Positions 11,001 to 18,979 of a stretch of DNA of 64,000 nt are shown piece after piece; the stretch's first letter is position 1; each line of letters begins with the position of its first letter. The notes under the pieces are model-generated. The model was not told where the DNA came from. It did not search any database and saw only the letters and a list, made by a program, of their open reading frames with translations. Made by a program: the position numbers and the translations under genes. This DNA is from a virus (Duplodnaviria > Caudoviricetes): positions 51,182 to 115,181 of the IMG/VR virus record IMGVR_UViG_3300014043_000503, one strand, 5' to 3'.

Positions 11001-13814
11001 TCGCCCGAGACAAAGAGCAAGCTCGAAAGCCTTATCGAGACGCTGAAGAACATCGTTGACGGGTTCATAAACGTCGGCAGGGTCGCTCTCTGGGCCTATG
11101 AGAAGTTTAACAGCATCAAGATATTCGGAAACGGTCTGGTGGATTTCCTTATCAAGTTCCAGCTGTATATGACGGCCATTGGTTCTACGCTCAGGCTTGT
11201 CCTCTCACCACTTAATATCTTCAGCGGATTCAACTTCGGTGGAGGTATGGGCGCTGCTGGTGCTGTTTCAAGCATAGGCAGAATAATGGCTTCTTCTAAG
11301 CCCAGGGTAATTGCCAATGCGATTGGGCAAAGAGTGTATAATACTGAGAATGATGGCCTTGCTCCAATTACTACTGTATATAACTCAGGAAGTTATAAAA
11401 GGCCGTACTCTCGTGGATGGTACTCACCACTTGGGCAAATGCCCGTTGTTCTTGGCCCTATTGGTGCGAGAAATCTTAGGGACGAACAACAAGCATTAGC
11501 TACAATAAGCCCGATACAGCAACGAATGGCCATGTATCAGAGGTCGCGTAGCTATATGACAAGGGGGATGACAAAAAAACAGAAAGCACTTCAATATGCG
11601 TCAATAGACAGGCAGGTTGCCGCAATGCGTTCGCAAATCGCATCAGCAAGAACGGCAGCATATAATGAAACGCTTGCTTATGGCATAATGTCAAATGCAT
11701 TCCCGCTTCTTTATCGTAGGACATCTCCAGTTATTCATGGAAGAACGACGGTGCCTTTTGCTTATAACAGAGAGATGAGACCTATGCCATTCTATCAGTA
11801 TGCAAAAAATGCATCTGCAATCAAATATGGAGGCGCCCCTATAGCAGAATATGCAGGTGAATATAGAAAAAGAGCCGGTATGTATGCGACTATGGCATTA
11901 TCCGGAAAAAACTATAAAAAGCACGCTGAGCATATGAGGCTTGCTGAAATGTATAGAAAGGCAGCGCAACAAGCGGAATGGATGCAAATACAAGAAAGAA
12001 AAGCAGCTTTAGAAAGAATGAAAAAAGCTGCAATGGCTTCAAGAAGACCTCAGCAGCTTCTTGATTCTGAATTAATTTCTGCGTTCATTATGAGCAGAGG
12101 GTTTAAGAGAAGCAAGGGGTTGATTGGCGAATCTTTGAGGGCTAATTTTAGAGCTGGCAGGGCTATGGGTGCTTTCAGGGGCTTAGGAGGCATCAAGAAC
12201 AGTCTTATTTCAAGTTTGACAACTGGATTCATGGGGTTGTCAAAGGCTATGGGGCTTGTGCTCAGTCCTATTGGTTTGGCTACAGCTGCTATCACAACCC
12301 TTGGAGCGGGCGCTTACTACCTTTACAAAAAAGAGAAAGAAGGTAGAGAGGGAGCGCAAAGAACTATGAACCATTTAAAAAAGGTTCAGGAGCTAACCAA
12401 TAGCAGGAATGGTGGTGGTGATTTATCATCGCTTCCAGAATCATCTCCGCTTCATGTTGGCGTAGCTTGGGTAAATAGAAATAAGAACGTTATTAGTCAA
12501 AGTTCCATAAAGGGAAATTCATTATTAAAAAATAATCCGTATTTTAGAGATGTTGTTGATCCTGACAGGGGTGTTCTTGCAAATAGCAAAAGATATAGGG
12601 CCTACAGAAAAGAATTATACGATAAATACATTGCAAATGGATGGAATGTATATGGTGACAACATAATAGATGAATCGACATTTAATAACGGAAATACATG
12701 GTATAAATCCCTCCAAGGAGCATCTATGCTTCAGGGATCAAATTCCAATCGCGTAAGAGCTTGGGAAAAATATATATCAAATCAAGCAGCGAGAATTTCT
12801 GCCATAAAAGATGTCGGTGAGCGCAATAAGGCTTGGGGAGAACTTGAAAAAAGAGTCAATGAGGTTTCAGAAAAATACAAGTTGCAAGCCCAAAATCTGC
12901 AATCCGTTATTGTCTTACAAGAAAAATATGGAGGTAATTTAAAGAACATAGGTCAAGCTGCAATTCTAAACACTTCAGAATATAGGATAGCAGAGGCTAA
13001 AGCTATTGCTAACCTTATGACGAATATGGGTAACAATGCAGTCGGTCATTTTATTGCTTCTCACGTTCTTGATGCTGGAATTAAAGACAAAACTGGAGCA
13101 GCTATAAGGGCGTTAATTAGTGATATGCCCATTGGAGTTGCAAATGATTTTGGCCAATCATATAAAACAAATTTATCATTTGATAAGAGTGGCAATATTG
13201 ATTGGAAAAAGTTACAAGAGACACTTGAAAAGAATGGTATTGATTTTAAGCTTACTGTAGATAATAAAATATCTGTCTTGTCTTCTTTATTAGCACAAAT
13301 TAAGGGGAATCCTTATTATGCTAAGGTAACTGAATATCTACAAAAGATATTGAATGCTCAATTAGCAGTTACGGAAGCTGAAAACACCCTTAAAAGACTG
13401 AATAGCGTTGATTTCTGGAGAGGTTTGTTTGACGGTATTATCGACGGGCCGAATCCAGTCAGAGAAATGCAGCGAAATACAGAAAGCAAAGTCAAAGAGG
13501 ATGTTAAAAAGTGGAATAGTGATGATGGCGGATATATACGCCGTCCAAGAATGTTTAGAAGTCCGTTTGCCGATTATGCTAATAAAGCCTCTTACTCGAC
13601 AACTGAAAGCATGGGCAATAATAAATATATAACAAATGCGAGCTATGGTAAAGGCTATAACACCAGGCAGAATGTTGTTGTTAATGTTGGCGGCATTACA
13701 GTCAATAATGATGCTGACATAAATGAAATTGAAGAGAGAATTGAAAGAGGGGTTGTTACTGCAATGAGGGCAGTGATGACCGACCAAAGCAATGATTCAA
13801 TCTACAATATCTAA
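8031..13814 (+). CDS. Tape measure protein
   Basis: 1927 aa; TP901-type core (TKFTGKEAADAVRFMAMAG, ESLKYAG, GIQGSMAGT); hydrophobic helices in the C-terminal half. Confidence 0.92.
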   Translation: MADRVYSVRYDIVAEAGKAIETFNSLQNPLYNLKRNSQKLSSSLMTTVERLNTLKETLDKISSTSRNIEISVTFDIASFNRNLKEMELNARASANRIRGTFESVFKDTHGDYMKKQSLLGTPIEQGVSSGDKELRKRLKKENKTMQSLIGKMREARKQADIYTIAKRNLAGNVSEKDAISSISSIWKGFGKTSLASLKKKIREGVYDTTVLLDKAEKDLWRSLNAGALAPLENGSFLNLVDVARDNTDKIFKAIEERRKSNIANIASVQKEQKDIAKNTKPLMGSQKVVPGQPFLSEISTNPREIAKISEAYTKMLRNISKIGNKNISVNVRGNYRSHMESLAEFAKTMPLLKSRTVKVNVNVSGLSKTSLSKIKELSGITDKKVPVSLTLSYKNARDQVPRTLGVLQRIIAERGGVKVPLTIDRTKVGGQLNSLVRNLRTLIAENRLTIPVNLQSLDMKKPKNVPTINVKAKVTGLTSAVREANKAFQERVRNMKNSPALKIPIQLKWGDKENNMRAQIKRMQSSIPALKVSVDLTLAKAQIDDLAAYIQRKGIINMGAMSGPKSQGPFRNYRPGSGESFAAGAVGGGRRGSGGGDSGGRVYGGGGEGSNFLTRLRRFAYPLTGNLSYGASSPMALQMFKDMPVMMGVGGAIGAVTNGIGQAFEYQDTMRVARSILERSYKGNNFEKDYRNMEMTARNVARNTKFTGKEAADAVRFMAMAGLDIPKINSSIKPIADIALIGRNNLGDIADIMTNVQTTYKIPADKMERMADAMANTFTKTNVDMMMIAESLKYAGGIAQLTGTSLGDSLAMIGIMGNNGIQGSMAGTSTRMMMQNMIRPNKGQAAMWKSLGISTTDEHGFVKDPIKLLGELKGYVDKKYGSKEYMELGKGEEFKNKALGTLVSNMFRVTSTAGVAALLRDYDKLVELSESNKSSSINGLSSRLSGFQQNEVKGLVAKVSSSLQEQILQIIEKNTGWIKQKLIEANEWMSSPETKSKLESLIETLKNIVDGFINVGRVALWAYEKFNSIKIFGNGLVDFLIKFQLYMTAIGSTLRLVLSPLNIFSGFNFGGGMGAAGAVSSIGRIMASSKPRVIANAIGQRVYNTENDGLAPITTVYNSGSYKRPYSRGWYSPLGQMPVVLGPIGARNLRDEQQALATISPIQQRMAMYQRSRSYMTRGMTKKQKALQYASIDRQVAAMRSQIASARTAAYNETLAYGIMSNAFPLLYRRTSPVIHGRTTVPFAYNREMRPMPFYQYAKNASAIKYGGAPIAEYAGEYRKRAGMYATMALSGKNYKKHAEHMRLAEMYRKAAQQAEWMQIQERKAALERMKKAAMASRRPQQLLDSELISAFIMSRGFKRSKGLIGESLRANFRAGRAMGAFRGLGGIKNSLISSLTTGFMGLSKAMGLVLSPIGLATAAITTLGAGAYYLYKKEKEGREGAQRTMNHLKKVQELTNSRNGGGDLSSLPESSPLHVGVAWVNRNKNVISQSSIKGNSLLKNNPYFRDVVDPDRGVLANSKRYRAYRKELYDKYIANGWNVYGDNIIDESTFNNGNTWYKSLQGASMLQGSNSNRVRAWEKYISNQAARISAIKDVGERNKAWGELEKRVNEVSEKYKLQAQNLQSVIVLQEKYGGNLKNIGQAAILNTSEYRIAEAKAIANLMTNMGNNAVGHFIASHVLDAGIKDKTGAAIRALISDMPIGVANDFGQSYKTNLSFDKSGNIDWKKLQETLEKNGIDFKLTVDNKISVLSSLLAQIKGNPYYAKVTEYLQKILNAQLAVTEAENTLKRLNSVDFWRGLFDGIIDGPNPVREMQRNTESKVKEDVKKWNSDDGGYIRRPRMFRSPFADYANKASYSTTESMGNNKYITNASYGKGYNTRQNVVVNVGGITVNNDADINEIEERIERGVVTAMRAVMTDQSNDSIYNI

Positions 13815-13817
13815 AAG

Positions 13818-13850
13818 TAAGGCTGGCGAAATACGTCAGCCTTATTATTT
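13818..13850. terminator. Hairpin terminator between convergent genes, probably bidirectional
   Basis: TAAGGCTGGCG-AAATA-CGTCAGCCTTA stem with A-rich and T-rich flanks. Confidence 0.75.
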
Positions 13851-13851
13851 G

Positions 13852-14088
13852 TCATTCTATTTCAACCCATGCAGTATCGACTCTTAACGGTGAATCTTCA
13901 GGAAGAGTAGATAGGTCAAAGTCACCATTATTGTTATTTGTCATCTCTTTTACTTTTTCCAAATGATCAAATGTTCGTTTTACACCTTCTTTGGCTCTCA
14001 CTTCTCCTTTATATAGAAAATGCCCCACAATACAGGCTAAAACAAAGAAAAAGGAAATCGCTAAAGCCAAAATAGTATTCTTTTTCAT
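13852..14088 (-). CDS. Small single-pass membrane protein homologous to tape measure residues 1431-1481
   Basis: MKK plus hydrophobic anchor, then 51 aa with 30 ungapped identities to the TMP; has its own promoter. Confidence 0.85.
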   Translation of the reverse strand: MKKNTILALAISFFFVLACIVGHFLYKGEVRAKEGVKRTFDHLEKVKEMTNNNNGDFDLSTLPEDSPLRVDTAWVEIE

Positions 14089-14112
14089 ATCTTTCAGGTT
14101 TTAAGTTTTCGG

Positions 14113-14144
14113 CAAATATATTTCGAAATATCAGAATTTCCAAA
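14113..14144 (-). promoter_or_regulatory. Bacteroidota sigma-A type promoter for the TMP-like small gene
   Basis: TTTG (14144-14141), 20-nt spacer, TATATTTG (14120-14113): matches TTTG-N19-21-TAnnTTTG. Confidence 0.8.
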
Positions 14145-14240
14145 AAGAAAGCGAAAATTTTGTATTCTTTCACAACTTAAAACGATTTTGCCCTTCCCAA
14201 AACTTTCTTTTTGTTTATTTTTTCTTTTAGAAATAAACAA

Positions 14241-14878
14241 CTGCTGGGGACAGCTGGAGAGCAGCATTCCCTTACCCGCAAATGTTGGTTTGCGGTTTGA
14301 AGGGATATTATGACTTACTCTCCGAGGTCGTTACAACTGCAGTACGACGAGCCTTGTATGAGCGCAACATTTGCAGCCGTCTTTTTAGGTTACTGGATTC
14401 ACCATCAGACTGTCACTACTTACACAAATTGGACTGTGCATTTGCGTCGCAGGTTCATTCAGGAGTCCTTTCCTGTGAGTTCCACCACCCCGCTCATCTT
14501 GCAAGTTTCCGGCCTGCAAGCCCTTCCCGTGGTGCCGCCTTTACTAACTCTTCTTCCCTGGCGGTCTCGCTCGCTCCCGGTGGCGCTGAATACCCGTCGG
14601 TTTCCCTCTCCGCTTTCAAAACCTTACTCCTGCCTTTTGAAACCCGTTCAAATACAGTTTCGGTTTATCCATCCCTCAGATTGGTACTCATTAGCGAGCC
14701 AGTCGTCTATCGGATCCCAGCTTGCCATCGCTTTACAGTTGCGGAGTAATCTCGACGCAAAAGGCAGGCCCCGGCCTTCCCCGATGTTTGTGAGTGGAGC
14801 TTACTATCAGACGACGGAGTTCACACCACTAAGGTTTTCTTGAGAACAAAGGCTAACCGTTATGAACCTTGATTTTTT
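14241..14878 (-). ncRNA. Large structured non-coding RNA, ROOL/GOLLD-like (approximate ends)
   Basis: GC-rich island between AT-rich spacers with no credible CDS; local and long-range complementary segments; purine-rich minus strand preceded by CTATTAT. Confidence 0.65.
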
Positions 14879-14882
14879 TGCA

Positions 14883-14990
14883 TAATAGTAGCCTTGTCTT
14901 TCAAATCTTGCAGCATTGGCCTTGATTTATATTTTATTAACAAGGTTTGAAAATAAATGCCATTGCCAAACATGACTATTATTTAAAAAA
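14883..14990. promoter_or_regulatory. Divergent late-promoter unit, copy 2
   Basis: TAATAGTA (14883), CAAGGTTTGAAAATAAAT (14941-14958), CTATTAT (14976). Confidence 0.65.
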
Positions 14991-14999
14991 ATTGAAGTA

Positions 15000-16085
15000 A
15001 TGGCAAAATCAGGATTCATAAAGCTGACGGACGACGTGCTTCAGAGCGGAGCAAGCTCAGCCATCAGCGCAACGGCCTCCATCGGCATAGACTGGCTGAA
15101 CACTCAGTTTGGCAGCGGATTCAGGAGTAGCGGCACGAAGTTCTACTGGAATAAGGACATGCACGGCGGGATACTTGACGTCGTGGTGAGCAGTGCGTTT
15201 ACGACCATGAGCGGCATGCTGAAAGACTATGCCCTGGAACAGTATAAGAACCTGATAGGGCTGAACAAGAAAGGCAATGTCAATGGAACCAACGAGGCTG
15301 TAAAAATCATCAGCGATAACTTCAAGACCCCGACTGACCAGGTTAAAGGGAGCGAATACGGCATTGTCTCGATAGGTGACGGCAAGACTATCTCTGCTCT
15401 TGATTGTTATGGAAACAGATGTGTCGATGCCATCATGCTGAAAATACCCCTGAAGACACCTATCAACATTACAAGGAAGATTGCAAGAAGCAACGGAGAC
15501 AGTTCTGCCGGAAGCTATAAGGAAACAATATCCAGCAAATACCTCGTCTGGTATGACTGCACGGCCATCGTAGCCCCCAACAGCAAGAAGAACATCCTCG
15601 TTACGAAGGTGAGCGGAAGGGACTACAGCCGAAAGGAATTTATCTCGAACGGTGACATAGAGTTCTCAGTCTCTGGCAGGCTCAACAGCAACATTGCCGA
15701 CGTGTATCCTGAGAACGAGGTGAAGAAGTTCAAGCACATCATGGACTACAAGGGGCTGATAGAGGTGAACAACCAGGTTCTCAATACGCTGGGCGTGGAG
15801 AAGATATTGGTTCTGGACTGGGACATCAGCCCCCAGAAGGGATATAAGAACATGCTGGAGTATTCCTTTCACGGCATAGGCATCATGCCGTCCGTGGAGG
15901 TCAAGGCTTCAGAGGACACCGTTACCTTCATCAACTCTGCCATTGCATCCGGTTCTTCTGAAAGGACAGGCTGGAGTGCCCTTCTCAGCAACAAGCTTGA
16001 GGGCTTGAAGGAGGCATCCGTAGGCATACTTGACCAGGGTGCATCCACCGCGATAGGAATACTTGACAACGACTATATACTTTAA
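15000..16085 (+). CDS. Tail/baseplate protein (DUF6046-like tube initiator)
   Basis: KKNILVTKVSGRDYSRKEFISNGDIEF and YPENEV motifs; first structural gene after the TMP. Confidence 0.6.
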   Translation: MAKSGFIKLTDDVLQSGASSAISATASIGIDWLNTQFGSGFRSSGTKFYWNKDMHGGILDVVVSSAFTTMSGMLKDYALEQYKNLIGLNKKGNVNGTNEAVKIISDNFKTPTDQVKGSEYGIVSIGDGKTISALDCYGNRCVDAIMLKIPLKTPINITRKIARSNGDSSAGSYKETISSKYLVWYDCTAIVAPNSKKNILVTKVSGRDYSRKEFISNGDIEFSVSGRLNSNIADVYPENEVKKFKHIMDYKGLIEVNNQVLNTLGVEKILVLDWDISPQKGYKNMLEYSFHGIGIMPSVEVKASEDTVTFINSAIASGSSERTGWSALLSNKLEGLKEASVGILDQGASTAIGILDNDYIL

Positions 16086-16088
16086 GCA

Positions 16089-17591
16089 ATGCCGGCACAG
16101 GGAGGTTTCAAGGACAACGGGATATACAGGTTCTACGGTAGTGAATACGACAAGCTCTATCTTGCGGCTTGTCAGATAAGGATATGGCTCCCGAGCGAAG
16201 AGCGCAAGATGGCTACCACATATACCGAAGTGACCAGCGTTGAGATTCAGACATCCTACAAGGATCCTGTCTCGACGGCAACGGTCGTATTGCCGAGGGG
16301 TTCCGTGATGAAGGTAATCAAGCAAGACAAGGATGTTGTCACAGGAAGCGGAACGGCCCTGAATGAAGAGGACAGCTACCTTGCCCATACCGAGGTGGTC
16401 ACTGACGGAACCACCAAGGACGTTACGGGAAAGGGGATCCTCAATGCAGCTCCCACGAAGGCAGACTACGGGCTTGTGAAGACCTCAGACACCAAGAGAG
16501 TAGGTGAGAATGAACTGGCCGTCGGGAACAGGATCGAGATACAATGCGGCTATGTGGAGACCGAGGAAGACCTTGAGAGGGTGAGGAACGGAGCTGACAT
16601 GGTCTCTGGCATGCAGGTGCTCTTCACGGGTACTATCATCGGCTGCTCAACGACATCGCCATTCAAGCTGGAATGCGAGGGAGGGCTTGCTGTGCTGAAG
16701 AAGATCACCAGCAAGAAGCAGGTCGTGAAGGATAACCTTACTATCAAGGATCTGTTCGGTAGTGACGGACTGAACCTCCTTGCAGGCTCCGGGCTGGAAG
16801 TGTCAGAGCGTTCACTTAACTCAGGCATAACGGTCGGAACCATCGATTTCATGGCCAGCACCACCGTCTTGGAGATTATCAAGAAGCTGAACGAGAGGGG
16901 TATCATGACATGGCTGAACGAGGAGGGAAAGGTGGAGTTTGGCGTGAACCTCTACATGAACGGAGTGGAGGAAACCGACCCGAAATCAATAGCTTACGGA
17001 AACAAAGAAAGGCTGCTCATCCAGTTTGACTGGCATGTGGCACAGGATAACCTTTCCGTGACGAGGGTTGAGAAGAACTACATCGCTGTCAGGGCAAAGG
17101 CCCAGGTGGATGACAGCCACGTCATCAGCGTGCTCGCAAGGAAGGGCGACAAGGATGAATGGATATTCCAGAACGTGAGGGACGTGAAGTATAAGAAATA
17201 CAAGAAGAAGGCCGGAGGAACCACGGTCTATGAAAGGACGCAGTCAAAGGACAGCTCGCTTGACGGCTATACCATCGTAAGGTTCACCTCCACCACGGCA
17301 AAGAACATGGAGGAGCTGAAGAAGGAAGCCCTCGCCTATTGGGGCAAGGTCAACCCGAACGCAATGGAGGGAACCGTTTCCGTGTTCGGTGACTGTAACG
17401 TAAGGGTTCCGTCCGTCGTCGGCCTCGTGGATCCCAGGAATCCTGAGAAGGAGGGTTTCTATCTCGTGGAATCCGTGTCCGTTGAGTTCTCGGTCGAGTC
17501 GGGCTACAGAAGGAACGTCAAGTTCTCCCACAAGCTCGGAGGCTTTGATGACGGGACGACGTATATACCAGATAACGTAATCGGCATATGA
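16089..17591 (+). CDS. Baseplate hub (gpD-like)
   Basis: TATVVLP, IEIQCGY, LFTG and C-terminal GFYLVESVSVEF..GYRR pattern; position in the baseplate cluster. Confidence 0.65.
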   Translation: MPAQGGFKDNGIYRFYGSEYDKLYLAACQIRIWLPSEERKMATTYTEVTSVEIQTSYKDPVSTATVVLPRGSVMKVIKQDKDVVTGSGTALNEEDSYLAHTEVVTDGTTKDVTGKGILNAAPTKADYGLVKTSDTKRVGENELAVGNRIEIQCGYVETEEDLERVRNGADMVSGMQVLFTGTIIGCSTTSPFKLECEGGLAVLKKITSKKQVVKDNLTIKDLFGSDGLNLLAGSGLEVSERSLNSGITVGTIDFMASTTVLEIIKKLNERGIMTWLNEEGKVEFGVNLYMNGVEETDPKSIAYGNKERLLIQFDWHVAQDNLSVTRVEKNYIAVRAKAQVDDSHVISVLARKGDKDEWIFQNVRDVKYKKYKKKAGGTTVYERTQSKDSSLDGYTIVRFTSTTAKNMEELKKEALAYWGKVNPNAMEGTVSVFGDCNVRVPSVVGLVDPRNPEKEGFYLVESVSVEFSVESGYRRNVKFSHKLGGFDDGTTYIPDNVIGI

Positions 17592-18433
17592 AGGAAAAAT
17601 ACAGGGTACTGAGAAGCGATATCGAGGAGAACTTCAGGAAGATGATCCTCGGTAAGCTGGGCAACAAGAGGGGTCTGCCCCTTGGAAGCGAGATAGTGCA
17701 CGGCTATGTGTGCGGTATCAATGATGACATGACCGTTGACGTGCAGGAGTTCGACACTGAGGAGACCGAGGACTGGGACTATCAGCCCATAGGCTTCCAC
17801 AAGGGCGTGCGCCTCAACTCGACCGCTGACATGAAGGACGGCTACGTGCTCATACCCCAGATGTATTCGGAGGTGGCCATCAGCAGGGATCCCGATACGA
17901 TGGAGGAGTTCATAGTAGGCTATTCAAGCATCGGCGACATAAGGCTGAAGGCAGTTGACAAGGTTGAGATATGCGTTGAGGAGGTGGAGCCTTTCAAGGA
18001 GACCAAGGAAGGTCTCGACAAGGACTATTTCGAGCTTGAGAAGACCGGGAAGAAGGCTGGCATCAGATGTACTTCAAAGGAGGGCGGCAAGATAGAGGAG
18101 TTCGTGGACGATGGCTATACGAGGACGGTCACTAAGGACGAGGACAAGATAGTGTTCGGCGATGTCACCATTACGAGGAAAAGCGACGGAAACATCAGCG
18201 TGGCATCGGGCAGCGCGACCATAGAGGTCAAGAGCGACGGCACGATGGAGTTTGACGGAAATTCTAACTGGATGGTCAAGTATAACGAGCTCCAGCAGTT
18301 CCTCAACAAGCTCCTTAACCTCATAGGAACCGGGACGGCTGGCGGCTCTCCCCTCACCACGGCACCGCAGATCATGGCGATGGCCTCAGAGATACCCAAT
18401 TTCAAATCAGCTAAACTCAAACTTGGACAATAA
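17588..18433 (+). CDS. Baseplate central spike (gpV-like)
   Basis: N-terminal OB-fold-like region (TVDV, GVRL, LIPQMYSEV) followed by short beta repeats. Confidence 0.6.
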   Translation: MKEKYRVLRSDIEENFRKMILGKLGNKRGLPLGSEIVHGYVCGINDDMTVDVQEFDTEETEDWDYQPIGFHKGVRLNSTADMKDGYVLIPQMYSEVAISRDPDTMEEFIVGYSSIGDIRLKAVDKVEICVEEVEPFKETKEGLDKDYFELEKTGKKAGIRCTSKEGGKIEEFVDDGYTRTVTKDEDKIVFGDVTITRKSDGNISVASGSATIEVKSDGTMEFDGNSNWMVKYNELQQFLNKLLNLIGTGTAGGSPLTTAPQIMAMASEIPNFKSAKLKLGQ

Positions 18434-18948
18434 TGGCAGCAAACGACACCAACCTACAGGCATTCGCATTGCTTGACACCTCGCCCCAGCTTGGATTGGC
18501 CATAGCTGGTGTACTTATCGATTCAGCTACCAACACCCTCATATCACAGGGCAAGACCTCACCCTCCAGCAGCGATATTCAGCAGATGGTGGAGAACTGG
18601 ACGGGGAACAGCGGCGGCCTGCAGAAGCAGTTCCTTGAAAAACTGGTGCATGACACCGAGATCAAGTTCACCTATGCAGCTAACATCATAGACGCGATTA
18701 CGGCCCAGCTTGCGGCCATCAATGCCTTGTCAGCCATCACGTCGGCCAATGCCCCTGAGGTTCTTACGCTATCTCAGGCAACTGCAAACGTTATGAAGAT
18801 ACAGATAAAGGCTGAGCTTAGCTGCGCCATAATAGCCCTTTCAGACGTTATCAAAAACTATATAGAGATGAACAAGGCTATACCGTCCTCAGTCTCTACC
18901 TACGTCGCAAAGGCTAACGCGGCAAAGGCAACAGTCGGACTTTCATAA
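18433..18948 (+). CDS. Hypothetical helical protein
   Basis: 171-aa ORF translationally coupled to the spike gene. Confidence 0.6.
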   Translation: MAANDTNLQAFALLDTSPQLGLAIAGVLIDSATNTLISQGKTSPSSSDIQQMVENWTGNSGGLQKQFLEKLVHDTEIKFTYAANIIDAITAQLAAINALSAITSANAPEVLTLSQATANVMKIQIKAELSCAIIALSDVIKNYIEMNKAIPSSVSTYVAKANAAKATVGLS

Positions 18949-18979
18949 ATAACGGCCATTTTTTCTATTACATATTAAG

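Noticed and set aside
14282-14843. Plus-strand ORFs 14282..14749 and 14310..14843
   Set aside because: S/L/P/R-rich, atypical composition and overlapping each other; better explained as the antisense of a structured RNA.
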